In this document: in pieces, positions 1 through 7,992 of the stretch
Layout: each line of letters opens with the position of its first letter
Position numbering within the stretch: position 1 is the stretch's first letter
NCBI GenBank assembly: GCA_031366795.1
Contig: JANLOX010000287.1
Coordinates: 1-17,579, forward strand
Direction: 5' to 3'
DNA length: 17,579 bases
From: Candidatus Eiseniibacteriota bacterium
GTDB taxonomy: Bacteria; Eisenbacteria; RBG-16-71-46
Program-made: the position numbers and the translations under genes
The notes under the pieces: generated by a model
Database searches by the model: none
The model's input: the letters and a program-made list of their open reading frames with translations, nothing else
What the model was told of the DNA's origin: nothing

Positions 1-1
1 G

Positions 2-976
2 GAGTACCGCGTGACGCCCGCATTGCTCGCGATGGCCGATCTCAGCCTGCGGCACACCAACTACGCCATGCGTGGCGATCACTTCGACGGCATCCGCTTC
101 GACCAGTCCTACGACTTCGTGAACCCGCGCCTCGGCCTCACCTGGTCGCCGCGCCCTGATGCCGACGTCTTCGCGTCCTGGTCGCACGCCGGCCGCGAAC
201 CGGCTTTCCGCGACCTGTTCGACGCGGAGGGCGTGGGCAGCGTGCCGCTTTATCGCACGGCCGATGTGGTAAACAACATCTATCGCGATCCGCTGATCAA
301 GCCAGAAACCGTCGACGACTTCGAACTCGGGACGGGCTGCGAACACGCGGCGTGGGGTGCTAAGGCAGACGTGTTCCGCATGAACTTCCGCGACGAACTG
401 GTCTACGCAGGGCAGTTAAACACGGATCTCGGCTACCCGATTCTCGGTAACGCCGCGAAGTCGGTGCATCAGGGGCTCGAACTGGAAGCACGGGCCGAAT
501 ACCGGGTTGCCCACGCGGCACGACTCGCGATCGAAGGTAACGCCTCGTTCTCGGACAATCACTTCGTTAAATACAGCGAGTACTACGGCACCGCCGCCGG
601 CGACACGGTGTCCTACGATGGCAACGCGATCTCATCGTTCCCCGCTGTGCTCGGAAATCTGTCCGCGCGTGCGGCCTGGCGCGGCATGACGCTCGGCGCC
701 ACGGTCAGCCATGCGGGTCGCATCTACCTCGATAACACCGAGCAACGCGCCGCCAGCATCGCGGCGCGGACGATCCTCGACCTGAACGCAGAACTCGCCG
801 GCCGCGCCATCGCTGGCACCGAGGCGCGGTTCGGCGTGCGCGTTGGCAACGTCCTCGACAAGTCCTTCGAAACGGGCGGATACATGGACTACGATGCCGC
901 GGGCGCGCTGGTGCCATTCCGGACTCCGGCGGCGCGACGCAACATCACGGTCCAGCTCCGGCTGGCGTTTCGGTGA
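2..976 (+). CDS. TonB-dependent outer-membrane receptor, C-terminal beta-barrel part (5' truncated by the window edge)
   Basis: The frame is open from base 2. It has alternating amphipathic beta-strands and typical TBDR segments (NPRLGLTW, KPETVDDFELG, QGLELEA, VGNVLDKSF), and ends in an OMP-type strand with a penultimate Phe (RNITVQLRLAFR). Confidence 0.92.
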   Translation, partial: EYRVTPALLAMADLSLRHTNYAMRGDHFDGIRFDQSYDFVNPRLGLTWSPRPDADVFASWSHAGREPAFRDLFDAEGVGSVPLYRTADVVNNIYRDPLIKPETVDDFELGTGCEHAAWGAKADVFRMNFRDELVYAGQLNTDLGYPILGNAAKSVHQGLELEARAEYRVAHAARLAIEGNASFSDNHFVKYSEYYGTAAGDTVSYDGNAISSFPAVLGNLSARAAWRGMTLGATVSHAGRIYLDNTEQRAASIAARTILDLNAELAGRAIAGTEARFGVRVGNVLDKSFETGGYMDYDAAGALVPFRTPAARRNITVQLRLAFR

Positions 977-986
977 AGGAGTCGGC

Positions 987-2669
987 ATGGACAGGTTCAA
1001 TATTCGGCCAGGCATCCTGCCGGCCACGCTGCTCATTGCGCTTGCGTTAGCGTCTCCCGCCGCTGCGGCCCAGGGCGGCGACGCCACGCACGGCGCACCA
1101 CCCGCCACCACGGCGGCGCCGTTGTTCGAGGATCGCGGCAATTTCCACATGCCGGTCACGACCAGCTCACCGCAAGCCCAACGCTACTTCGACCAGGGCA
1201 TGCGGCTGATGTTCGGCTTCAACCTCGAGGAAGCGCAGCGTTCTTTCGAGCAAGCCGAGAAGCTTGATACGACGTGCGCGATGTGCGCATGGGGCACCGC
1301 GTTGAGCCTCGGGCCACACATCAACCTGGCCGCACTTCCTGAGCGCACGGTCGCAGCGGACGTCGCGGTGAAACGCGCGCAGTCCCGGCTCGACGGCGCC
1401 AGCCCGATGGAGCGCGCGCTGGTCGAGGCCATCACGCACCGCTACGCGACGCCCGCCCCCACGACGCCGGCCGCGCAGGCAGCACTCGACTCCTCGTATG
1501 CCGCCGCGATGCACGCGGTCATGCGGAAGTTTCCCGAAAACGCGACCATCGCCGTGCTGTGGGCCGACGCGGCGATGGACATGCACCCGTGGGACCTCTA
1601 CCTGCCCGACCGCACGCCGCAACCGTGGACCGCGGAAATCGTCGCGGCACTCGAGAAGGCACTGGGGCTGGAACCCAATCACGTCGGGGCGAACCACCTC
1701 TACATCCACGCCGTTGAAGCATCGAGCGCCCCTGAGCGCGCCCTTGAGTCGGCGCGTCGCATTGGCGCGATTGCGCCGGGCGAGGGACATCTCGTGCACA
1801 TGCCCTCGCACATCTACCACCGCGTTGGGCAATTCGACTTGAGCAACGAAGCCAATCGTCGCGCGGTGATCGCCGACGACCGCTACCGCAAGGCCGTCAA
1901 TCCGCAGGGTTTCTACCTGATGTATTCCATGCACAACCACCAATTCCTGATGTGGTCGTGCTGGATGGCAGGCCGCTACGAGGAGTCGCTGCGTGAATCG
2001 CGCGCCATGCTCGACCTGATCCCCCTCGACATGTTGCGCCAGATGCCCGGGTTCGATTTCGCCATCGCCTACCCGATATGGACTTTGGTTCGCTTCGGTC
2101 ACTGGCAGGAAGTACTCGCCGAGCCTGCGCCGCCGCAGGACTTCGCCTTCGCGCGCGGCGCCTGGCACGCGGCGCGGGCGATCGCGAATGCGCAGCTCAA
2201 GCACCCGGATGCCGCGACTGCCGACCGTGACAGCGCAGTTGCGTTGACCGCCCTGCTGCCCGCCGATGCCCTCGAGGGTCTCAACAACGCGCGAACGTTA
2301 CTGACGATCGCCACCAACTTCGCGACCGGAGTGATCGCGGCGCAGCGCGGCGACACGCAGTTCGCGGTCGAAACGCTGACGCGCGCCGCGAACGCCGAAG
2401 ACCAGTTGCGTTACGACGAGCCCTCGGACAACTACCTGCCGGTGCGTCATGCGCTGGGCGCCATCCTGCTCGCCAAGGGGCGCGCAAAGGAAGCTCAGGC
2501 GGTCTACGAACGCGACCTCGATCGCAACCCGGGTAACGGTTGGGCGCTGATGGGCCTCGCGAAGAGCCTCAAGGCGCAGCGCAGGCCCAAGGACGCGAAC
2601 ATCGCCGAGGCTCGCGCGCTCAAGGCGTTGAAGGATGCCGACGTGAAGATCACGGGCTCGTGGTACTAA
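987..2669 (+). CDS. Secreted TPR-like alpha-helical protein of unknown function with conserved His-rich motifs
   Basis: Start moved to ATG 987, which follows an SD (GAAGGAG, 975-981) just after the receptor stop. Signal peptide ...LLIALALASPAAAA. TPR-like segments (AQRYFDQGM..FNLEEAQRSFEQA; HALGAILLAKGRAKEAQAVYERDLDRNPGNGWALMGL). Motifs HLYIHAVE and GHLVHMPSHIY. Confidence 0.85.
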   Translation: MDRFNIRPGILPATLLIALALASPAAAAQGGDATHGAPPATTAAPLFEDRGNFHMPVTTSSPQAQRYFDQGMRLMFGFNLEEAQRSFEQAEKLDTTCAMCAWGTALSLGPHINLAALPERTVAADVAVKRAQSRLDGASPMERALVEAITHRYATPAPTTPAAQAALDSSYAAAMHAVMRKFPENATIAVLWADAAMDMHPWDLYLPDRTPQPWTAEIVAALEKALGLEPNHVGANHLYIHAVEASSAPERALESARRIGAIAPGEGHLVHMPSHIYHRVGQFDLSNEANRRAVIADDRYRKAVNPQGFYLMYSMHNHQFLMWSCWMAGRYEESLRESRAMLDLIPLDMLRQMPGFDFAIAYPIWTLVRFGHWQEVLAEPAPPQDFAFARGAWHAARAIANAQLKHPDAATADRDSAVALTALLPADALEGLNNARTLLTIATNFATGVIAAQRGDTQFAVETLTRAANAEDQLRYDEPSDNYLPVRHALGAILLAKGRAKEAQAVYERDLDRNPGNGWALMGLAKSLKAQRRPKDANIAEARALKALKDADVKITGSWY

Positions 2670-2673
2670 CGGG

Positions 2674-2693
2674 CCGCGGGAGTCGCTCCGCGG
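2674..2693. terminator. Possible GC-rich hairpin just after the TPR-gene stop (no U-tract)
   Basis: CCGCGGGAG-TCG-CTCCGCGG can pair with a one-base bulge. There is no poly-T tail, so terminator function is uncertain. Confidence 0.3.
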
Positions 2694-2778
2694 GAGACGC
2701 GCAACACGCGGCAAGCGCGGGCCACGCGGGCCACGCGGGCCACGCGGGCCACGCGGGCCACGCGGGCCACGCGGGAGA
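2689..2778. repeat. 9-bp tandem repeat: six perfect CGCGGGCCA units (2716-2769) with in-phase degenerate units on both sides
   Basis: Read directly: CGCGGGAGA CGCGCAACA CGCGGCAAG (CGCGGGCCA)x6 CGCGGGAGA. It lies in the gap between the convergent stops at 2669 and 2791. Confidence 0.95.
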
Positions 2779-2790
2779 CTCCGCAGCCGG

Positions 2791-4491
2791 CTAGGCCGTG
2801 CGCCGCCGCCTGCGCAACCCCACCGCTCCTATCGCGGCCATCGCGAACGCCGCGATCGCCGTCTGCCACGGCATCGCGGCCGGAGCCGCGGGCGCCGAGA
2901 CGCGCGTGACGTAGACACGCTGCTTCTTGGAGCCAACGCCATCATCCGCGCGGTACTGGTCGTACCCCGTCCACGCGATATACGCGGCCGACTGGTCGCC
3001 GGTGCCGGTGGCGCGCAGCTGCATGTAGTCGCCCAGCGCTCCGTAGTCGAGCGAGGCCAGCCCAAGCGGCGGCTCTTCCATGTTCAGGACGTGGTTCAAT
3101 TCGTTGACCCGCACCGGCGGCGCCCAACTCTTGCCGCCATCGCGCGACACCATGTAGAACACATCGACCCGCCCCGCATTGAGCACGCCGGCATCCTGGT
3201 TTCCCGACTCGTTTTGGTAGAACGCGACGTGAATCCAGCCCTGCGTGTCGACGTCCATCATCGGGAAGTACTGCGTCTTGCCTTCCGCCGATGGCAGTTT
3301 GGCCGTCGTCCACGTGGCGCCACGCGTCACGGAGACTGACAGGTAGAGATCGCCCTGGTCCTGCGTGGGGTCGGTCGGGTAGGGATTGCGATTGGTGAGG
3401 AAGTAGAGGTGGCCACGCAGCGGACCCTGCGAGCGGTCCAGCGCCAGTGAGCCGCGTTCGTCGATGCGGTGACCGTTAACGCCCCAGTGCGTGGAGGCTC
3501 CCAGCTTCTGTCCCGCGGGCGACCATGCCAGCGTCGACTTGCTGAACGCGGTGGTAGCACCGCCATTGTTCAATTCATGGAACGTGGCGCTGACGACGGC
3601 GCCACCGCTCAGGATGGAGTTGCTGACCATCAGGATCTGGCCGTCGTTGATGCCCGCGACGGGCTGGAACTGCGTGCCGCGGAACGGCGGCGCGCCCGTT
3701 CCGGACAACGCGACTTCGCGCTGCACCGTGTCGGCGACGATCACTTCGAGGTACGAGCCGACATAGCCGGCACCCGCGGGCCCCCAGTTGTCGTAGCACA
3801 TGTAGAGTTTGCCGTCGTGCGCGCCACTCGCACCGCCGAGCGAGGCTGGGCGATCGATATCGAACATCGGGCGGTCCTGCTTGGTCGTCAGCGGCAGCTC
3901 GAACGTTTTGTTGAACGACAGGCCGTTGTTGGTGCTGCGCGCGAGAATCATGCGCGTGTTGTCGGTCGGGTAAAGGTCCTGGCGCACCATCGAAGTGTAG
4001 AACTCGCCGTTGGTGTTGCCCGCCACCATCCACGGTTCAGCCGGAAGCCCGGCGTAGATACCGCTGCCCACAGGGAACACCGCGGAGTTCCAGGTCGAGT
4101 TGCCGTTGCGTAAGGCGCCGAGAGGAATATCGGGATCGAAGTCCCAGCCTTCCTCGAAGCCCATCACGCAGTTCGTGGGATCGCTCGGGTTGATGGCAAC
4201 CGCGCTCGCCCAGCCGTCCTGGATGTAGCCATCGACGAGCATTGAAACGCTGTCTGTTCGCATGATCCCATTGAACTTCGACAGCGGGCCCGCGTTGGAC
4301 TTGAGCGACCTCGGTGCGCGCACGGAGGCGCGCACGTGGGCATTGGGGGGCGCCGGAGCCGCATCGCGCGACAACTCAATGGAGGGCTCGGGCACGAACG
4401 TGGTGGCATTGAACCCGTTCGCGAGCACCGCGGCAGGCCAAAGCGCCCCAACGAGCAACAGCGGATGGAGCAATCGAGAGCGAAGAGTCAT
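2791..4491 (-). CDS. Secreted BNR/Asp-box (sialidase-like fold) beta-propeller protein with a C-terminal membrane anchor/sorting signal
   Basis: Start moved to ATG 4491, giving the signal peptide MTLRSRLLHPLLLVGALWPAAVLA. Three Asp-box-like motifs (RSTNNGLSF, VSVTRGATW, VSRDGGKSW), plus AVAINPSDP, DRPMFDID and GDY motifs of sialidase-like propellers. C-terminus is Pro/Ala motif + hydrophobic helix + RRRRR. Confidence 0.82.
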   Translation of the reverse strand: MTLRSRLLHPLLLVGALWPAAVLANGFNATTFVPEPSIELSRDAAPAPPNAHVRASVRAPRSLKSNAGPLSKFNGIMRTDSVSMLVDGYIQDGWASAVAINPSDPTNCVMGFEEGWDFDPDIPLGALRNGNSTWNSAVFPVGSGIYAGLPAEPWMVAGNTNGEFYTSMVRQDLYPTDNTRMILARSTNNGLSFNKTFELPLTTKQDRPMFDIDRPASLGGASGAHDGKLYMCYDNWGPAGAGYVGSYLEVIVADTVQREVALSGTGAPPFRGTQFQPVAGINDGQILMVSNSILSGGAVVSATFHELNNGGATTAFSKSTLAWSPAGQKLGASTHWGVNGHRIDERGSLALDRSQGPLRGHLYFLTNRNPYPTDPTQDQGDLYLSVSVTRGATWTTAKLPSAEGKTQYFPMMDVDTQGWIHVAFYQNESGNQDAGVLNAGRVDVFYMVSRDGGKSWAPPVRVNELNHVLNMEEPPLGLASLDYGALGDYMQLRATGTGDQSAAYIAWTGYDQYRADDGVGSKKQRVYVTRVSAPAAPAAMPWQTAIAAFAMAAIGAVGLRRRRRTA

Positions 4492-4613
4492 CGCGAGCGT
4501 GGGTTTCCGCGTGGCGGTGGCTGGGAATTCGGTGGACAGGGCTGGGAGAAGTCCTACGGCAGGGGGTCGTCCGTGGCGGTAAGTCGGCGCACGGGCCTTC
4601 GCGCGCGGCTGCC

Positions 4614-4622
4614 AGCTTAGCA
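4614..4622 (-). promoter_or_regulatory. Candidate extended -10 promoter (TGcTAAGCT) for the Asp-box protein gene
   Basis: The reverse complement of AGCTTAGCA matches TGnTAnnnT. It lies about 120 nt upstream of ATG 4491 in an intergenic region. Confidence 0.45.
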
Positions 4623-4718
4623 CAGCCGGGACCGTTACAGGACGGCTTTTGGAAGCCAATTCCACGCGTCCGTCGGTAGAATGGCTTGCCAGAGGCCCAC
4701 TTCCAGCGCGGACTACAT

Positions 4719-6194
4719 TTAGGGGCGCGGCGGGCTCATCCTGCCCAACCGCTCGGCCCACCACTGGAAGAGTTCACCCGCCGAAGTCACCCAGGCCCCG
4801 CGGCACGCCAATTCGTCCAGCACCCGCAGATAGGTGCGCCACCAACCTGGGAACGACCGCTCATCCGCAGCATTCGGGTGCCAAAGCAGCACCGCGAGCC
4901 CGCCCACGGCCTCGACTGCGCCGAGATGACGCGAGACCGCGCTGACGGCGGCGTCCTCATCGAGTTTGAGCGTGCGAAATAACGTCCCATCCATGGCGGT
5001 CAGCGGGAGCTCCCATGGCCCGTAGGATTGTCCGGTGCTTGGGTCAAATGGCCTGAACGGCGCGGCGATCCCGGCGCGGAATCCGAGCGCCTCGTTGTAG
5101 CCCAGCGTAGTGTCGTAGCCGATTCCCGCGGCGGCCTGCGCCGTCCACGTGGCGCCAATCTCGAAGCGCAGGAAATGCTGGCGGGTGCCCACGACCGGGG
5201 CGCCGAGGGCATGCTCGATCTGCGTCCGCTGGCGCTCCAGTTCTGAGGCCGAGCGAAAGCTCATGTAGCTGCCGTGGAGCCCCACCTCGTGGCCGCGCCG
5301 TCGCATCTCGCGCAGCAGCCCCATCACGCGCACGCGGCGCCCCTCGTACTGGAGCGGGTCATCGAGCGAGTACAGCGCGTCGTATTCATGGCGCGGGGTG
5401 GGCGCGGGCGAGCAGATGAAGAACGACGAGCGGAACCCGCGACGCTCTTCCTCGCCCATCCAGCGCTCGAACGACCAGTACGGGTCGTGTGCGCCCGGCG
5501 GCCGGGTCAGCGCACGCGCCATCGCAGTGAGCCCGCCACGGAATGCGTACGATGCAGGGCTGCGCGCCTGCCGCAGCAAACGCCACGCGCAGGGCAGTGA
5601 GCGCAACGTCACGTCATCGACGTCGTGCGTGAGGGCGACCGCGAAACGCGCGCCATCTTTCCAGCGTGGGATGTGCTCCAGTGATTCGCCGCGCGAGGCG
5701 GCATGCGCCTCGAGGCGGCGTTCGAGCGAACGCGCGAGGTGATTGATGAACGGACGCTCCAGCAGTCCGATCGCGCCCAGTCGCGTGTAGGCGCCGCTGT
5801 AGCATTCCCATTGATCGCGTCGGCGATCCTGGAGTTCCTCTTCGCGCGAGAGCGAGAATGCCGCGGCACGCAGCCATGCCGCGGGGAAGCGCGCGACGTC
5901 CGCCGCGGATGTCGCGGTGCCCGGCGGGCAGGCGACGGGCTCTCCGACGACGACGATGCGTTCGAGTGTGTGGGCTTGCCACGCAGGCCAACCGTCGACT
6001 TCGATCGAGGCGGCGGCGTGCGTGGGACAGGTACCGACGGCGCCCACGTGCACGAGCGCCTCGCCTGAGGCTTCGGAGGTGCCCGGCGCGCAGATGCGGA
6101 ATGGCGTCTCGTGCAACGAGGCCAGCGTCTCGACGGTGCGGCGCACTGGGCCGATCGCCCAGGCCGCGTCATCGAAGTGATAGGCGATTCTCAT
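4719..6194 (-). CDS. Polysaccharide deacetylase family protein (CE4/NodB-like) with an N-terminal extension
   Basis: Start moved to ATG 6194, which overlaps the upstream stop (ATGA). Motifs LTHDVD, HEVGLHGSY, RQHFLRF, YDTTLGYNE..GFRAG, ELPLTAMD and LLWHPN are typical of CE4-like deacetylases in glycan loci. Confidence 0.88.
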   Translation of the reverse strand: MRIAYHFDDAAWAIGPVRRTVETLASLHETPFRICAPGTSEASGEALVHVGAVGTCPTHAAASIEVDGWPAWQAHTLERIVVVGEPVACPPGTATSAADVARFPAAWLRAAAFSLSREEELQDRRRDQWECYSGAYTRLGAIGLLERPFINHLARSLERRLEAHAASRGESLEHIPRWKDGARFAVALTHDVDDVTLRSLPCAWRLLRQARSPASYAFRGGLTAMARALTRPPGAHDPYWSFERWMGEEERRGFRSSFFICSPAPTPRHEYDALYSLDDPLQYEGRRVRVMGLLREMRRRGHEVGLHGSYMSFRSASELERQRTQIEHALGAPVVGTRQHFLRFEIGATWTAQAAAGIGYDTTLGYNEALGFRAGIAAPFRPFDPSTGQSYGPWELPLTAMDGTLFRTLKLDEDAAVSAVSRHLGAVEAVGGLAVLLWHPNAADERSFPGWWRTYLRVLDELACRGAWVTSAGELFQWWAERLGRMSPPRP

Positions 6195-7273
6195 CCGCGC
6201 GGGCCCGACTTGTCGCGCGAGCGCAGCGCTTCGTACGACGAGAGCAGCCGCGCGCCCACGACGCGGGTGTCGTGCACGCGGCGCACAAAGGCGGGGCCGC
6301 GCGCGCCGATGGCGATGCGGCGCTGGGGATCGCGGACCAGATCGCGCAGCGTGGCGGTGAGGGTCGCGGGCTCGGCGTTGACCACGGGCAACTCGGGCTC
6401 GCGGCCCACGAAATCCTCGCGCAGGTAGGCGACGACGGCCTTGCCCTCCGCCATGCCCTCGATGGCGAGCAGGCCGTACCAGCCCATGTGCAATTGGTCG
6501 ACGAGGATGTCGCAGCCCGCGAGGAACGCCGGCATCGCCGCCCACGGCGTGCGTTCGATCAGGCGCAGTTCGAGCTTCGGGAACTCGACCCGTAGCGCTT
6601 CGACCGCGGCGAGCACATGGCGCGTGCCCTTGATGAGCCGGTTCGTCGGCGCATGGCCGATCACCACCGGGCCGTGCACGCCATCGCGGCGCAACGGATC
6701 GGGCAGCGGATTCTCGAATGCTGCGCGCTCCCATCGTTCCGCCTCGATCGCCAGCGGCAAGTGCTCGCCCCGCGGCACCGATTCTGCGAGATCGAGCGTC
6801 GAGAAAAACTCGCGATGCGCCAACTGCTCGGAGCGCCCGCTCAACCACTGCTGGTGGCGCGGGCGGCAGAACGGGTCGCAATCGGTGCAGGTCGACAGCC
6901 GGTGGTTCGCGAGCATGTGGACGCGCCGGCGCGCTTCGCAGCCGTGGAAGTGGAATATGATGGTGCGCCCCGCGGCACGCAGCAGCGGCACGTCCAGCAG
7001 GCGCGGCAGGAAGCTCGTGCCGAAATGGAAATGGAATACGTCATAGCGCGGCGCCAGCTTCGCGAAGGTCTCGAGCATGGTGAGCCCGCGCGTCACCGGT
7101 GTCGCCCGCGAGTCGAGATTGACGACGAAGTCACTTTGTCGCGCGTCCCAATCGACGCGATAGGACAACGATTGGGCATCGCAGCCCACTTCGCGCAATG
7201 CCTGCGCGAGCATCATCCCCTGCCCCGCGATCTCGTAGGCGCCGTGCAACACGCGCAGCGGGCCCGGGCTCAT
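6191..7273 (-). CDS. Glycosyltransferase, GT-B fold (GT4-like)
   Basis: Start moved to ATG 7273 (ATGA overlap). Contains YDVFHFHF, IGHAPTNRLIKGT and the C-terminal nucleotide-sugar-binding segment CDILVDQLHMGWYGLLAIEGMAEGKAVV. Confidence 0.9.
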   Translation of the reverse strand: MSPGPLRVLHGAYEIAGQGMMLAQALREVGCDAQSLSYRVDWDARQSDFVVNLDSRATPVTRGLTMLETFAKLAPRYDVFHFHFGTSFLPRLLDVPLLRAAGRTIIFHFHGCEARRRVHMLANHRLSTCTDCDPFCRPRHQQWLSGRSEQLAHREFFSTLDLAESVPRGEHLPLAIEAERWERAAFENPLPDPLRRDGVHGPVVIGHAPTNRLIKGTRHVLAAVEALRVEFPKLELRLIERTPWAAMPAFLAGCDILVDQLHMGWYGLLAIEGMAEGKAVVAYLREDFVGREPELPVVNAEPATLTATLRDLVRDPQRRIAIGARGPAFVRRVHDTRVVGARLLSSYEALRSRDKSGPRG

Positions 7274-7992
7274 CCGACCTCGTACTCGCGCGGCCTGATC
7301 ACGCGCCGCAGGGCGCCGCGCGCCAGCCACAACGCCAGCTTCGCGTCGGGCTGCTTCATGAGCTTCACGGTCTGGCTGCGCCACTCGTTCCAGATCGACG
7401 CAGGCTTCGTGATGTGGCGGCGGGGTGCGCTCAGCAGCGCGCGCTTCAATCCCGCTTCGTCGGCGGGCAACTCGCCCTCGAAGTCATTGATCGCCAGCCC
7501 CAGCTCACCGACACGATGCGCATCGGGCCCCACGAGCGCCGGCAGCTTGTGCTCGGCCGCGAGTGCGGCGGCGCGCGCATTGTCCGCGGGCGACGTGCGC
7601 GAGTTGTGGATCTCCACGAGATCGACGCGCTTCATCAACTCGTCATTCAGCCGGTGCCACTTGTAGGGATGCGGCAGCAGCACGAGGCCGCCGTGCTCGT
7701 GCACGCGATCGCAGAACTCGGTGGCGGAACGCAGCCGCAGGTCATCGCGCAGGAACAAGCCAATCACGTCGCCCTGGTCAGTCGAGACTTCGGAAGCGAT
7801 CACCACGCGCAACTTCGGCTTGCCGCGCGACACCACGCCTAGGACATCGACAGCGCCCTGCCACGTGTCGTGGTCCGTCACCGCGACCACGTCGACGCCA
7901 AGGCGCAGTGCCTCGCGCACGAGGGACTCGGGCGAAGTGAGGCAGTCCGCCGAGCGGCGCGTGTGCATGTGGCAGATAAGGGTCCAGCTCAT
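7270..7992 (-). CDS. PHP-domain metal-dependent phosphoesterase/hydrolase
   Basis: Start moved to ATG 7992 (ATGA overlap). PHP motifs HMHT..S.D, AVTDHD, SEVST, PHP, VEIHNSR and GPDAH. Confidence 0.9.
   Translation of the reverse strand: MSWTLICHMHTRRSADCLTSPESLVREALRLGVDVVAVTDHDTWQGAVDVLGVVSRGKPKLRVVIASEVSTDQGDVIGLFLRDDLRLRSATEFCDRVHEHGGLVLLPHPYKWHRLNDELMKRVDLVEIHNSRTSPADNARAAALAAEHKLPALVGPDAHRVGELGLAINDFEGELPADEAGLKRALLSAPRRHITKPASIWNEWRSQTVKLMKQPDAKLALWLARGALRRVIRPREYEVG

Noticed and set aside
843..986. N-terminal extension of the 608-aa ORF overlapping the receptor gene
   Set aside because: ATG 987 has a strong SD and gives a clean signal peptide. The extension is out-of-frame receptor sequence.
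2689..2778. Tandem repeat as a CRISPR array
   Set aside because: The unit is 9 bp with no unique spacers, and there are no cas genes.
2540..2869. Short ORFs with (GHA)n or (RVA)n repeats (2540..2794 +, 2666..2869 -)
   Set aside because: These are translations of the 9-bp DNA repeat. They overlap real genes and have no SD or other coding support.
4492..4764. 91-aa N-terminal extension of the Asp-box protein
   Set aside because: It would bury the signal peptide, overlap the deacetylase end and cover a promoter-like motif.
6195..6881. 720-aa version of the deacetylase (possible fusion or frameshift with the glycosyltransferase)
   Set aside because: The extension is Arg/Ala-rich off-frame translation of the GT gene. 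The ATGA overlap at 6191-6194 marks the real start.
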